NCBI GenBank assembly: GCA_964506785.1
Contig: CAZDME010000002.1
Location: 1 to 52,864 of the forward strand
DNA from: an uncultured bacterium
Lineage (GTDB): Bacteria > CAZDME01 > JAYEMH01
Direction: 5' to 3'
DNA: 52,864 nucleotides
This document shows positions 51,850-52,864 of the stretch, piece after piece. The notes beneath the pieces are model-generated. The model was not told the origin of the DNA. It did not search any database and saw nothing but the letters and a program-made list of their open reading frames with translations. The position numbers and the translations under genes are program-made. The stretch's first letter is position 1. Each line of letters opens with the position of its first letter.

Positions 51850-52864
51850 ATGAGAATTCTTACATTTTCTAGTCTACACTTTACACTTTGGAAAAAGCTC
51901 CTAAAGGCAACATCTATAGTTGTCATCGGGGCTTTTTTGTTTAATCTAGGCTGGGTGGATTTTGCCCGGGCAGAGGCGGATTTTTCCCTGCGACCTTGTC
52001 CGGCAAAAAAGGACTTTATAATTTCTGAAAAATTATTCGGGGAAATTAGCCCAGGAGATAGCGAAGACAGATTGTTACCGCTATCTAACCGAAGTGTCGA
52101 GCAATTGATATCCAAATTGGAAGGAGCCATGCCTTATTTTGAAGAAGAAAATCCTGATTGGACTAAAACATATGAAGTTATCGAAAAATTAGGAATTAGA
52201 AAAAATGTAGAAATTATGCTTTTTGCCGGTCATGAAATGGATAAAAATGATTTTCTAAGGATAGAAAAAGAGGTAAAGCAAAAAGACGTTAAAATTACTT
52301 ACCATTGCTACCAAGGAGACAGTTGGCCGACTTTTAAAACTTTGATTTTTAAAGACAGTGAAATGCCTTTGCTTGGAGACGAAGTTTTTTCCTTAAGCCT
52401 TCTTTTGGAAAATATCAATCAGCATGTTAAAAAAGGCCTTGCCTTTGTAATTGTCCAATATATAAAAGGGCAATATATAAAAATATCAGTCGTAGATAAT
52501 GGAGAATGGACGAAATATCTATCAATCGAAGAGGCAATTAAATGGGGAAAGCCTTCCTGTAACACCGAAAATCAAGGGATGGCTTTAAGTATAGCAGTCG
52601 GGAGTGCTGATTTATCGATAATCGAAAAGCCTTTGCAAAGCGGGATTATTACGCCGGATGAGCGAAAAGATTATGAACTCAACTTTGTTCTTAGAGCAGC
52701 TCGAGGAGAATTTAAAGCTGCTCCTTTCCTTAAATGGGGAGTGAAAAATAACAAAAAATATGGCACAAGTATTAGCGTCTATTTTTATAGAGGCGATGGC
52801 GATGTAAAAAAATGGAGGGAAAGATTAATAAGGGAATCAATTGCCGATTTATTAAATAAAACCG
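51850..52864 (+). CDS. Open-ended ORF absent from the supplied track because no stop lies in the window: a secreted or membrane-anchored protein with a GHKL/HATPase_c-like region
   Basis: I translated it by hand. 338 sense codons run from the ATG at 51850 to the window end, with an in-frame TGA at 51829-31 upstream. The N-terminus MRILTFSSLHFTLWKKLLKATSIVVIGAFLFNLGWVDFARAEA looks like a signal peptide or anchor. LLLENINQHV, ISVVDNGEW and NQGMALSIA resemble the N, G1 and G2 boxes of the Bergerat ATP-binding fold. Confidence 0.6.
   Translation, partial: MRILTFSSLHFTLWKKLLKATSIVVIGAFLFNLGWVDFARAEADFSLRPCPAKKDFIISEKLFGEISPGDSEDRLLPLSNRSVEQLISKLEGAMPYFEEENPDWTKTYEVIEKLGIRKNVEIMLFAGHEMDKNDFLRIEKEVKQKDVKITYHCYQGDSWPTFKTLIFKDSEMPLLGDEVFSLSLLLENINQHVKKGLAFVIVQYIKGQYIKISVVDNGEWTKYLSIEEAIKWGKPSCNTENQGMALSIAVGSADLSIIEKPLQSGIITPDERKDYELNFVLRAARGEFKAAPFLKWGVKNNKKYGTSISVYFYRGDGDVKKWRERLIRESIADLLNKT

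Noticed and set aside
51825-52130. The 101-aa minus-strand ORF, which is the only track entry for the last kilobase.
   Set aside because: It is antisense to the 338-codon open + frame, which has a signal peptide and GHKL-like motifs. It is most likely a shadow of that gene.
1-52864. Mobile elements, prophage or defence systems, toxin-antitoxin pairs, programmed frameshifts and inteins.
   Set aside because: No transposase, integrase, recombinase, restriction or Cas-like motif was seen in any frame I read. All large genes have normal lengths for their families. No pair of adjacent ORFs looks like a split gene.

Overview
This is a 52.9-kb, gene-dense core-genome segment of a moderately AT-rich diderm bacterium. 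The diderm call rests on an O-antigen-ligase-like protein, a lipoprotein, a beta-barrel-type outer-membrane protein and a class A PBP. I cannot assign taxonomy from sequence alone. I call 46 protein genes, 45 of them on the + strand, plus one tRNA-Arg(CCT).

Gene content is almost entirely housekeeping:
- DNA repair and replication: uvrB, dnaE, recO.
- Cofactor metabolism: nadC, birA, coaX.
- Six aminoacyl-tRNA synthetase genes: hisS, aspS, glyQ, glyS, trpS, tyrS.
- The ybeZ / 7TM-HD / ybeY cluster.
- ppdK, galT, a sigma-70 family factor and apt.
- A long co-directional run: M50 protease, trpS, scpAB, pheA, hisC, aroF, tyrA, aroA, cmk, plsC, ispH, rpsA.

I see no mobile element, CRISPR array, rRNA gene or recognisable defence system.

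The features not explained by ordinary annotation are:
1. Several intergenic spacers are built almost entirely of in-phase 7-8 nt degenerate tandem repeats. One octamer family (ATAACGR) recurs at two junctions 34 kb apart, and one 13-mer is shared between two other spacers.
2. At the 3' end of the window there is a promoter, a roughly 300-nt highly structured leader whose 5' half resembles the c-di-GMP-I riboswitch core, and an intrinsic terminator. They precede an open-ended ORF that the supplied ORF track misses. That ORF encodes a signal peptide plus a GHKL/HATPase_c-like region and looks AT-richer by eye.
3. A self-contained small-membrane-protein cassette has a consensus promoter and its own terminator.
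4. A tRNA-adjacent envelope module (PHP protein, lipoprotein, orphan OMP) sits behind a long leader.

All functional calls come from motif recognition in the translations. No database search was possible.
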